A program made the position numbers and the translations under genes. A stretch of 63,231 nt of DNA, the filler included, from Octopus bimaculoides (taxonomy: Eukaryota): assembly GCF_001194135.2 (NCBI RefSeq). It is 8 parts of 8 records of this genome, joined end to end, with 100 filler letters (N's around TTAATTAATTAA, not from the genome) between each part and the next. Parts side by side here need not be neighbours in the genome. Positions count along the whole stretch, not along the records: positions 1 to 15,417 come from NC_068982.1; positions 15,518 to 23,393 come from NC_068987.1; 6 more parts are not named here. One strand, 5' to 3'. The notes beneath the pieces are model-generated. The model did not search any database. It was given only the letters and a program-made list of their open reading frames with translations, and was not told the origin of the DNA. This document shows positions 10,945-21,383 of the stretch, one piece after another (positions within the stretch are counted from its first letter, which is position 1; each line of letters begins with the position of its first letter).

Positions 10945-11628
10945 TTATTTATTGCCATCATTTTTTTCTTTTGAAGGTGGATCCTCCAGATACGTCTTTT
11001 GCCAACCACGGATGCATTCTTCCATTTGGTTATTCAAATTTCGAAGTTGGTTGTTTAAATTCTCGTAGTGTTGCTCGTCTGATAAACATATGTCCGTTTT
11101 CCTATAGGTATGCACACCATCTGCGGGATCTGTAGTTTCGGTGTTCGTTTTTCTAAATGAAGAGAATCTTTTTTCGTAAACCTGGTTTTTCGCATGCATA
11201 TCTTTAAATTCCTCTTGCAGCATTTTGTAATCATCTTCCATTTGCTTATATCTCTGGTTCTCTTGAAGCAACTTTGCGTATCTTTCCTTCAAGTCTTTAA
11301 TTTCTTTATCAGTATATTGTTTGTTTCTTTCTTGGCCTTCCTTTAAGCTGTTTAATTCTGCTTCTATAATCTGACATTTCTCCTCTTTCTCTCCCAAAGC
11401 CGAAGCCAACTCTTCTTTTTCTGCATCGATTTTTTCCACTTTCATCGAAAGTCGTTTATTATCTTCAAGTTCTGAGGCCAGTTTTGCTTGCAATTGTTCT
11501 AAAGTGGCATAAATATTTTTTTCTAGTTTTGTCAGAAAAACTTTGTTTTCTTTTATAGTCTTTAAATCTTGTTGTCGTTTTTCTTTGTCTTCGTTTATTC
11601 TGGCCATCAATAATTCAGGAGTCTCCAT
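10945..11628 (-). CDS. 227-aa K/E/Q/L-rich coiled-coil protein of unknown family (probably the terminal exon of a spliced gene)
   Basis: The only long uninterrupted complex ORF in the window; heptad-like composition; unique-looking 3' flank. No family recognised. Confidence 0.65.
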   Translation of the reverse strand: METPELLMARINEDKEKRQQDLKTIKENKVFLTKLEKNIYATLEQLQAKLASELEDNKRLSMKVEKIDAEKEELASALGEKEEKCQIIEAELNSLKEGQERNKQYTDKEIKDLKERYAKLLQENQRYKQMEDDYKMLQEEFKDMHAKNQVYEKRFSSFRKTNTETTDPADGVHTYRKTDICLSDEQHYENLNNQLRNLNNQMEECIRGWQKTYLEDPPSKEKNDGNK

Positions 11629-11901
11629 CTTGTTTGTTCTTCTTTCAGATCAAATAATATATATTTTTTCCTTATTTTCTTTTATTTGGAAATTCAGTTT
11701 TATCTCTTTCCGTTTTGTATTTGATCTCTTCAGGAGAGTTAAAGAAATAGAGATGTATACAGAAACTTAGATTCACTATTATACACAGACATACATATGG
11801 TATGACATATCTATTTATGCGATTGTGTGTGCATGTGTGTAATGTGTATCTATGGCATTGTATATATGTTAGAGTGTATGTCTGTCATTACAATGTACCA
11901 T

Positions 11902-11936
<35 letters not shown>

Positions 11937-12149
11937 CACGTATGTATGTATTTATATGTATATGCGCAGTTTAGCATACAAACATTAATATTTATACAAA
12001 TTTACATACGTATATAAATATGTAAAGATTTATGTACAATTTATTGAACCTATGAAAGTTATATGAGTATTTATCGGATCGCATATACACATATTTATGT
12101 CTACGCTTTTCTCTCTCCCTCTCCCCCCTCTCTCTCTATCTTTCAATCT

Positions 12150-12234
12150 CTCATTCTTCTCTCTCTCTAATATATATATACACACACGCACACACACACA
12201 CATATATATATATACATACATACACACATAGATA

Positions 12235-12306
<72 letters not shown>

Positions 12307-12481
12307 CATACATACATACATATTTGTGCGCAAATATACACACACACGCATACATACACAGATATACACACAGAGTGAAAGAAAGAGACAGACAGACAGA
12401 CAGAGAGATCAAAGCAAAGAGAAATTGTTAGGACGAAAATGTAAGAGCGAAAGACAGAGAAATAACCTGAGAAATATATAT

Positions 12482-12536
<55 letters not shown>

Positions 12537-12538
12537 AT

Positions 12539-12597
<59 letters not shown>

Positions 12598-12600
12598 CAA
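12150..12600. repeat. (TA)n/(CA)n/(GATA)n microsatellite cluster
   Basis: Visible directly. Confidence 0.95.
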
Positions 12601-13030
12601 ATATGTCATTATTACGTATATTGACAAGAAATGACGTTAGCTGTAAGAATCCGTAAATAAAAGAGAAACAACACATAGAACCACGTCAGCGCCGGCGCTG
12701 ACACTACCAACAACAGCAACAACATATATAATACCGACACTTATCAAATCGTCATCATTATCGTAACCAGGAACGACTAAAACTATGACAACAAAGGAAA
12801 CAAGAAATGCAGCAAAAATAGCCAGGAAATGTCCATTTGATAGAATAGAAACTGAAGATAATGGAGTACACTTTAGTTAGAGCAAATATTTCTAGGAATC
12901 TCAGAGGGACTATATTTGTGCGTGCGTGCGTGCGTGTATGCGTGCGTGTATGTGTGTATGTGTGTGTGTGTATGTGCATCTATGTGCGAAATAACGTGCC
13001 TGTATGTATAATATATGTATATATATATAT

Positions 13031-13413
13031 CACGAGTGGCTGTGTGGTAAGTAGCTTGTTTACCAACCGCATGGTTCCGGGTTCAGTCCCACTGCGTGGC
13101 ACCTTGGACAAGTGTCTTCTATTATAGCCTCGTGCCGACCAAAGCCTTGTAAGTGGATATGGTAGACGGAAACTGAAAGAAGCTCGTCGTATATATATAC
13201 ATATGTGTGTGTGTGTGGGGGGGTGTTTAACCTCCCGGCATCGCTTGGCAATCGATGCTGGTATGTTTACGTCACCGTAACATTGGCGCTTCGGCTAAAG
13301 AGACCAATAGAATAAGTTCGAGACTTAAAAGAATAAGTCCTGGAGCCGGTTTGGTCTATTAAAGGTGGTGCCCCAGCATGGCCGCAGTCACATGACTGAA
13401 GCAGGTAAAAGAA

Positions 13414-13414
<1 letters not shown>
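13031..13414 (+). mobile_element. SINE family A, full length
   Basis: Homology to 1348-1750. Confidence 0.9.
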
Positions 13415-13458
<44 letters not shown>

Positions 13459-13475
13459 TGCAGATAGATAGATAG

Positions 13476-13545
<70 letters not shown>

Positions 13546-13618
13546 GAGACATAAATGCACACATACATGGAGGCACACTGTCTTTTTCTTTAAATGGCAT
13601 GTGAATCCTGGAGATTAC

Positions 13619-13690
13619 CTGATTCTTGAGATTATCTATCCTTCCAATTTGGAATCGGTCGCAATTACCACCAGCCATTTATTTACTTTT
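13619..13690 (-). CDS. Candidate 72-nt exon with ATG at 13678 (MAGGNCDRFQIGRIDNLKNQ)
   Basis: Acceptor TTATTTTCGATTCCAG| and donor CAG|GTAATC; phase 0, in frame with the coiled-coil ORF via an acceptor at 11728. Confidence 0.4.
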
Positions 13691-14046
13691 CTGGAATCGA
13701 AAATAATTTTAAAAATCAAGAATCTATCTTGTGCGTTATTTAATATATCTTTATTCTTCTTTGCTGTCTAAATTTATATCAACGATCACCCTGAATTATT
13801 TTTCTAAAAATAAACATCTATTTCTAACATTTCAAATTATCCAGCTAAAATTGCTTTGTAAGGAATTTCGAAAGAATTAATCACATTGTTAGTACTTGCA
13901 CTGTTAGGCTCATTAGACTAGACAATTTTGCTGAGACCTGGTTTCTATACATTATAAATAACTATATACTATAAACCTTTTCTTTAGGCTAAAGATGGGT
14001 ATTCTGCCTTCTCTCTCTCTTTCTCTCTCTTTCCCACTCTCCCTCT

Positions 14047-14207
14047 AGGCGCGGGAGTGGCTGTGTGGTAAGTAGCCTGCTTACCAACCACATGGGTCAG
14101 GGATCAGTCCCACTGCATGGCACCTTGGGCGAGTGTCTTCTACTATAGCCTCGGGTCGACCAAAGCCTTGTGAGTGCATTTGGTAGACGGAAACTAAAAG
14201 AAGCCTG

Positions 14208-14254
<47 letters not shown>

Positions 14255-14506
14255 NNNNNNNNNNNNNNNNTATATATATGTATGTATTTATGTATGTAAA
14301 TGCATGCGTGTCTGTGTTTGTCCTTCCAACATTGCTTGACAACCGATGTTGGTGTGTTTACGTCCCCGTAACTTTGCGGTTCGGCAAAGAGGGCCGATGG
14401 AATGAGAGCTGGGCTTACAAAGAATAGGTCGTGGGGTTGATTTGTTCGACTAAATGCGGTGCTCCTGCATGGCCGTAGTTAAATGACTGAAACAAATGAA
14501 AGAATA
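14047..14506 (+). mobile_element. SINE family A, full length
   Basis: Homology to 1348-1750. Confidence 0.9.
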
Positions 14507-14610
14507 AAATAAAAAAGTATATGTGTGTATGAGTGTGTGCGTATATGTGTGTATGGTTGTGTTTGTATACATATCTACAATCGCACATACATACATACAT
14601 ACATACATAC

Positions 14611-14845
14611 ATTATTGGGGCACTGGGATATGTAACACACTGCCTAAATACCAATCTTGAGAAATTAGGCTTCTCAAAACCAGAGAGGTGAAAGCTAATT
14701 CGAAGACTACAGGCCCAATCCATCACTGGAACTGTAAACATCTGTAAAACCTTCCAAAAATTTATCATGTAAATATATATGAGCTTGTCTAGATATGTAA
14801 CTATATGCATGAGAATACATACATAAAACATACAAACCTGCACAT
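14611..14845 (+). mobile_element. R4/Dong-like 3' fragment
   Basis: IIGALGYVTHCLNTNLEKLGFSKP...; near-identical to 8105-8345; both ends lie in (CATA)n. Confidence 0.8.
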
Positions 14846-14930
14846 ACATACATACATACATACATACATACATACATACATACATGCATAGAGACAGACA
14901 TGTAAATTAATATGTATCTATATGCATATG

Positions 14931-15080
14931 TATGTGTTTGTCCTCCAAACCCGCTTGACAACCGGGGTTGTTTTTCACGTCCATATGATTTAGTGGCTCG
15001 GTAAAAGAGACCAAAACTACCAAGTATTAGTCGATTTGATTAAACCCCTCAAGCCGGTGACCCAGCATGACTGCAGTCAA
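14931..15080 (+). mobile_element. SINE family A, 3' half
   Basis: GTGTTTGTCC...CGCTTGACAACCG...CCCAGCATGACTGCAGTCAA. Confidence 0.8.
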
Positions 15081-15084
15081 CCCA

Positions 15085-15417
15085 AACAGTGTCAACCCAA
15101 ACATACAGTTCACAATGGAGTACAACCAAAAGGAGCTCCCATTCTTGGATATACTAATTAAAAAAGTAAACCTAAAAATAGAAACGGACATATTTTACAA
15201 AACCACAGACGCCAAACAATATCTACTATTTGATTCATGCCACCCAAGACACACCAAGACAAACATCCCCTTCAACCTTGCAAGAAGGATATGCACAATA
15301 GTGTCAGAAGAAAATACTAGAGACTACAGACTACAAGAACTCAAAAACACACTAATTGACAGACACTACCCAGTTCAACTCATAGAGAATGGAATCAGAC
15401 GTGCATCACAAATTAAC
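15085..15417 (+). mobile_element. Penelope-like element RT C-terminal (thumb) fragment, frame open to the scaffold end
   Basis: NPNIQFTME...LPFLDILI...TDIFYKTTDAKQYLLFDSCHPRHTKTNIPFNLARRICTIVS...RLQELKNTLIDRHYP are hallmark PLE motifs. Confidence 0.9.
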
Positions 15418-15517
15418 NNNNNNNNNNNNNNNNNNNNNNNNNNNNNNNNNNNNNNNNNNNNTTAATTAATTAANNNNNNNNNNNNNNNNNNNNNNNNNNN
15501 NNNNNNNNNNNNNNNNN
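15418..15517. other. Artificial scaffold-joining spacer (44N-TTAATTAATTAA-44N)
   Basis: Identical 100-bp spacer occurs 7 times; the 12-mer has stops in all six frames. Confidence 0.95.
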
Positions 15518-15552
15518 ATATATTTATATATATATATATATACATGCATACA

Positions 15553-15720
15553 TACAAGCGCGTATTGAAAAGTTCTTGATTTTTAGGGTATCACTAAGGG
15601 CCTGGTTGGTGGCTTAAGTTCCAAGTTCTTTTCCAGGTCTTAGAAAACTGAAGGACCGTTGCAATAATTGTATGAATCTGATAGGGGAATATTTTGAAAA
15701 AAATCATAAATATGAATCCA
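15553..15720 (+). mobile_element. Mariner-like TIR plus transposase C-terminal remnant
   Basis: TACAAGCGCGTATTGAAAAGTTC end; degenerate '..CMNLIGEYFEK' resembling the mariner terminus. Confidence 0.4.
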
Positions 15721-15994
15721 TATGTACACATATATAAATAGATATATACTGACATAGTGTTTATCACTATACAGGGTGGTGAAAATTTTATAAGTGGTGA
15801 AGGAAAACATAATAATGGAGTCAATACTTACGTCTAGTAAATATTTACTTAATATGTTCTATTATATTTCTGTTATATCATACACCTAATGTAAAAATTT
15901 CTGACCATTTGTTCTATTCATACAAGTTTGACTGATCGACAAAAAGCTAAAAGTTGTATCTGCTCTCTCATACTAGGCAACGTGTAGTGTGTGT

Positions 15995-16080
15995 CGGGTC
16001 ACTGATTTGACTAAAACTTCTTCAAGGCGGTGCTCCTGCATGGCCGCACTCGAATAACTGATGCAAATAAGAAATAAAGT
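15995..16080 (+). mobile_element. SINE family A tail
   Basis: TCAAGGCGGTGCTCCTGCATGGCCGCACTC..ACTGA. Confidence 0.7.
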
Positions 16081-16165
16081 AAAAAGTTATAATGAATTGA
16101 TCAATATTTCGCTTACTTTATGTACATCCAAATACATGCGCGAAATCAATACTTGAATTATTCAC

Positions 16166-16198
<33 letters not shown>

Positions 16199-16852
16199 GA
16201 CACACACACACACACACACACACATACACACACACAAGATTTCTGAAGAGAGTACAAATCATTCACTCTATTGCGACTGATTGCTGGTGTCCATTGTGTT
16301 ACTTTCTAAATATTTAAAAGCTAAATCAAGTTAAGTTGGATGTCAAAGTTGTAATTTCAGATACAAAACTTCAGTACAAAACATCTTGGTTTTTCAGTTT
16401 GCTCATCACCAAAACAATTGTCTTCAAAATATATTTATTAATTTATTTGTTTATTTATTTATACATATTGTGAAAGGTAATTTTAGTTAATAATGAACTT
16501 CTATGGGTTTGAATGTTTAAGATATAATTTAAATTTAGCTTTATTCATATCGCTATAATATTTTTGTCTTTTCATTTGTATTTTGGTTTTGTTTACAAAT
16601 AAATTTCGCTTAATGAGATTATCTCATATTTGGTCTCACTGGCCTGCTCTCAATAAAAAAATAAAGAAAGAAAAAATTCTAATTTAGTGCATCTCTTGTT
16701 CAAAATAGATACATAGACGTCTATTTTATAAATAGATTTAATGCAAATATTCTTGTTAGAAAAATTGTTATGGCTGTAAGGGATTTGTGACAAAAATTAC
16801 GAATCAATTCATTAAATATTCTCATTTTCTTGAAGGTGTTATTTAAAAAAGA

Positions 16853-16871
16853 ATTATTATTATTATTATTA

Positions 16872-16940
<69 letters not shown>
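16853..16940. repeat. (TTA)n
   Basis: Visible directly. Confidence 0.95.
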
Positions 16941-16941
<1 letters not shown>

Positions 16942-17190
16942 CAATAAAACATACTATTATCATCTCCATCAACATTTTTGTCGTTTATTTTGATTTAAAC
17001 TTTAAATTTGTAAAGAAATAAAATTTGATTACTCGAGACAAAGCTTGAAAATTATATTTTTATGCTTTTTCTTAATTCATTTCATATTGCATTCTCTTTA
17101 ATTTAATTCGATGGCAATATAAATGTTTTTCCTTTGACAGACTATTCATATAAAAACTGAAATTCCTGTCATGTTTAATATTTCATGTAG

Positions 17191-17234
17191 CCTCCATCAT
17201 CACAATGGTTGTTGTTTATGCAGCTGGCATACTG
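17191..17234 (+). CDS. Candidate 44-nt exon, hydrophobic (A)SIITMVVVYAAGIL
   Basis: CATGTAG| ... CTG|GTATGC; transmembrane-like peptide. The acceptor tract is modest. Confidence 0.3.
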
Positions 17235-17284
17235 GTATGCGTACATAGATAAATATTTATATATATGTATGCGCATAAATATGA

Positions 17285-17330
<46 letters not shown>

Positions 17331-17384
17331 NNNNNNNNNNTGATTAAGTATGTATCTATGTATATATATATATTTATTTATTTA

Positions 17385-17598
17385 TTGCCCACAAGGGGCT
17401 AAACATAGAGGGGACAAACAAGGACGGACAAAGGGATAAAGTCGATTACATCGATCCCAGTGTGTAACTGGTACTTATTTCATCGACCCCGAAAGGATGA
17501 AAGGCTAAGTCGACCTCCACGGAAGTTGAACTCAGAATTTAATGGCAGACGAAATACCGCTAAGCATTTCGCCCGGCGTGCTAACGATTCTGCCAGCT
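17385..17598 (-). mobile_element. SINE family B, well preserved
   Basis: ATCGACCCCGAAAGGATGAAAGGCTAAGTCGACCTC...GCTAAGCATTTCGCCCGGCGTGCTAACGATTCTGCCAGCT. Confidence 0.9.
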
Positions 17599-18405
17599 NN
17601 NNNNNNNNNNNNNNNNNNNNNNNNNNNNNNNNNNNNNNNNNNNNNNNNNNNNNNNNNNNNNNNNNNNNNNNNNNNNNNNNNNNNNNNNNNNNNNNNNNNN
17701 NNNNNNNNNNNNNNNNNNNNNNNNNNNNNNNNNNNNNNNNNNNNNNNNNNNNNNNNNNNNNNNNNNNNNNNNNNNNNNNNNNNNNNNNNNNNNNNNNNNN
17801 NNNNNNNNNNNNNNNNNNNNNNNNNNNNNNNNNNNNNNNNNNNNNNNNNNNNNNNNNNNNNNNNNNNNNNNNNNNNNNNNNNNNNNNNNNNNNNNNNNNN
17901 NNNNNNNNNNNNNNNNNNNNNNNNNNNNNNNNNNNNNNNNNNNNNNNNNNNNNNNNNNNNNNNNNNNNNNNNNNNNNNNNNNNNNNNNNNNNNNNNNNNN
18001 NNNNNNNNNNNNNNNNNNNNNNNNNNNNNNNNNNNNNNNNNNNNNNNNNNNNNNNNNNNNNNNNNNNNNNNNNNNNNNNNNNNNNNNNNNNNNNNNNNNN
18101 NNNNNNNNNNNNNNNNNNNNNNNNNNNNNNNNNNNNNNNNNNNNNNNNNNNNNNNNNNNNNNNNNNNNNNNNNNNNNNNNNNNNNNNNNNNNNNNNNNNN
18201 NNNNNNNNNNNNNNNNNNNNNNNNNNNNNNNNNNNNNNNNNNNNNNNNNNNNNNNNNNNNNNNNNNNNNNNNNNNNNNNNNNNNNNNNNNNNNNNNNNNN
18301 NNNNNNNNNNNNNNNNNNNNNNNNNNNNNNNNNNNNNNNNNNNNNNNNNNNNNNNNNNNNNNNNNNNNNNNNNNNNNNNNNNNNNNNNNNNNNNNNNNNN
18401 NNNNN

Positions 18406-18481
<76 letters not shown>

Positions 18482-18649
18482 TGTTCTTGTTTGTCCCCTC
18501 TATATTTAGCCCCTTGTCGGCAATAAAAGAAATGAGAAAAATCTATTAAAGTCTTAATCCTTTAGATTAGATCCATTCTTATTGTTATTGTATTTCCTGC
18601 GCAGATTCGTTTTCTTCAGTTTTGTTTTGACGAGTATTTCAAGACTGAT

Positions 18650-19120
18650 TTTCTGGTATTTGTTCCGACTCTACGTTCTGAGATCAAATTCTGTGGACAT
18701 TAACTTTGACTTTAACCTTCCAGGGTTGATAGAATAAAGAACCAATGAAGAAGCTGGTTGATGTCATCTACTACCCCACACATTGGACATATTCTTACCT
18801 CGATCTTAAATCTGAATTATTTGAAGCAAAAATCCATCTGTATGTTTTTCTTTCAGGCATTCACATAATCCTAATTTTACCGATAACTTTAAACTCGAAA
18901 TCAATATTTCACTCCAGTAAGGTAGCAACACGACAGAATTATCTGCACGTCGGACAAAATAATTGGAGATATTTTGCACTCCTTTTTTTCCATTTTGAGT
19001 TTGAATTCCGCGTTTCTTCTTTTCGAGATCGATAAAATAAGTAGCAGTCAAACATTGCGGTCGATGTAATTGACTTAGCCACTGCCACGAACTTGTTGAC
19101 CTTGTGCCAAAATTTTAAAC
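18650..19120 (+). mobile_element. Two old SINE family B copies
   Basis: Degenerate TTCTGAG.TCAAATTC..GTTGATAGAATAAAG and TTTTCGAGATCGATAAAATAAGTAGCAG motifs. Confidence 0.55.
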
Positions 19121-19588
19121 TAATAGACTGCATTTTATCATATTTAGTTTATTTATCAACTCTTTCATTTTCTATTTCAGTTATTATTGGGCCCACCAGA
19201 GGAATATCCTCTATTAGAAACACAGTAAATGGTATGATCTTTCATATTAATTTATCATACATACATAAAGACTGACATACATAGATACATACATACATGT
19301 GTGAGTGTGTGTGAGTGTGTAGGAGTGTTTTTATGTGTTAAACTTATTTTATTATCTATAATTTATACTTATGTGATTATTAATACTCATTTCTACATTT
19401 AGGCAGCCTTTCTGCTCAGAGAAATTGTATTTAAAAAAAAAAAACAATTTCCATATATTTCTGAAGTTTATTTTATTTTTCGTTTTAGTAAATTGCATAA
19501 TTTTTAATATTTACCCAGACATGCTCAATCGTATTTCTTTCCGTTATTTATGCAATTTCTGTTGCGTCAACCAATCATATATATATAC

Positions 19589-19641
<53 letters not shown>

Positions 19642-19660
19642 CAAATATATATATATAAAC

Positions 19661-19704
<44 letters not shown>

Positions 19705-20036
19705 ATTTAGAATTCTATATTTATCGTCAATATATACATATAAAAAAAGCATTTACGTTTTCTATCCTAATCGCTACATCGCTTTCAAAATATTCCAAAA
19801 TAACCTTTCCACAAAAAGTTGAGATTAAAGCAGAATTTTTTCTCATTGGTATTGAGACAATTTTTTAAACATTATTCTTGAAACATTTAACCGCCATACC
19901 AGTAAGTTTTGTATTTATAGGTTTTAAATATATGCCAAGAGCTTGGTGTTAAAATTTCTTTATTTACTGCCCACTAAACTAATCTTAATTTCAACCGGCT
20001 TACACAGCTTTTTTAAGTGTTAAACGTTAATTATTT

Positions 20037-20150
20037 TGACAATTAATATTCGTAGCCACATTAACATGGCTGTCCATTCGAGCGGACTCTAATGCAATTT
20101 TTTATCCCCAAGAGGACATCTCCTCTAACTGGTTAACGATGCACAGCTGC
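20037..20150. mobile_element. MITE-like arm 1 (inverted counterpart at 20398-20525)
   Basis: About 90 bp internal segment is the reverse complement of 20420-20515. Confidence 0.55.
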
Positions 20151-20187
20151 ATCCGATAAATTTGCGAGCAAGGGAACGAATCCCTAC

Positions 20188-20276
20188 CATTTCTAGGGAC
20201 AGAACCAGTAGACCAGTCCTGGTTTTGGGCTGTTTCTTTCACTCCTCAGTATTGGACAACTCATCTGCCAGAGATG
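20188..20276 (-). ncRNA. Type I hammerhead ribozyme motif, degenerate copy (GAAA changed to AAAA)
   Basis: CCAATA-CTGAGGA-G..CCC-AAAA-CCA ggac TGG-TC-TACTGG; stem III ACCA/TGGT; homologous to 20938-21027. Confidence 0.6.
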
Positions 20277-20397
20277 ATAGCAGCTCGCTTCTGCACGCAA
20301 TGTATATATATTTCAAGCGAACACACAATCGCTGGTTTTGCAACAAGCAAAAAATCTAGTTCTAAAATCTCTCTAAGAGACCAACTCAGTAGTTGTA

Positions 20398-20525
20398 CTG
20401 ACAAGTAATATTCGAAGCCACTCTAACATAGCTGTGCATCGTTAACCAGCAAGAGGAGTTTTCCTCTTTGGATAAAATAAAATCGCAGTAGATTCCGCTC
20501 GAACGGACTGCCATCGTTCGAGCGG
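20398..20525. mobile_element. MITE-like arm 2 ending in a perfect 11-bp hairpin CCGCTCGAACG/CGTTCGAGCGG
   Basis: Inverted homology to 20037-20150; hairpin seen directly. Confidence 0.55.
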
Positions 20526-20937
20526 ACAAAAATCAGTGACTGTTTGCTCGTTTGAAATATATGTCACTATATGTCATTTCTTAATTGCTGATATGACATA
20601 ATATGTCACATGTGTTTGTATATTGTTATTATTGTCCTTTTCGTAAACAAATAAACAAGTAAATTGACACAATAAAATGTCTGCAAGTTCATGAATACCA
20701 CCTATTCCCCTTCATTTTCTTATTGCTATATAAATTCATGGTAAAATATATTTTTACCCGCACCCATTTATTGCACTTGGTAATGCAATGAAAAAACACT
20801 AGTGTAATAATAATTGGGTATTCTTCCAGTAGTATATTGGATAGATATTATTCCTTAGTGGGTTGGATTCACAACCCCTAACTTTCTTGGATTTATATAT
20901 ATATATATATATATATTGTACAAAAGCGAGCTGATAT

Positions 20938-21027
20938 CATCTCTAGCAGACGAGGTGTCCAGTACTGAGGAATGGCAAAAATAGCCCGAAACCTGGTCCA
21001 GTCTACTGGTCCTGTCGCTAGGAGATG
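20938..21027 (+). ncRNA. Type I hammerhead ribozyme motif with long extended stem I
   Basis: Core CTGAGGA (20965-71), GAAAC (20988-92), GTC cleavage triplet (21001-03). Stem I CCAGTA/TACTGG extends via AGG/CCT, GAC/GTC, CTAGC/GCTAG and CATCT/AGATG. Stem II GGC/GCC, with an A.C mismatch at its base. Confidence 0.7.
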
Positions 21028-21109
21028 TTAATTAGTTTGTCTTTATTCCCTTCCATCTCCCAACAGGTTTGAAATTATCTATCATCTTACACTGTAATTG
21101 GTTTTAGCA

Positions 21110-21310
21110 CCTACCGTTCTTAAGCTGTTGGTCAGGAGTTTGCATACACGATTGTATGACTGAGGTTGATCACGGTTTCAATGTCTGTACCGGACAGTTT
21201 CGTTGTATGGTCAAGCAAATCATTTCATTTCACGTTGCTACAGTCCACTTAGTTGTAATTGAGTAACCCTACGACGAACCGGTGTTCCTCTCAGGAGAAA
21301 TGCTAATAAT
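21110..21310 (+). mobile_element. CORE-like SINE family C2, degenerate
   Basis: TCATTTCACGTTGCTACAGTCCACTTAGTTGTAATTGAGTAACCCT. Confidence 0.6.
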
Positions 21311-21312
21311 GC

Positions 21313-21383
<71 letters not shown>

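Noticed and set aside
12600-12870. Minus-strand hydrophobic frame (..FLAIFAAFLVSFVVIVLVV..)
   Set aside because: Composition is explained by degenerate (GTT/GAT)n; no credible splice sites.
15462-15473. Recurrent TTAATTAATTAA as a biological motif (piggyBac TTAA or homeodomain site)
   Set aside because: Always centred in exactly 88 Ns, so it is an assembly linker.
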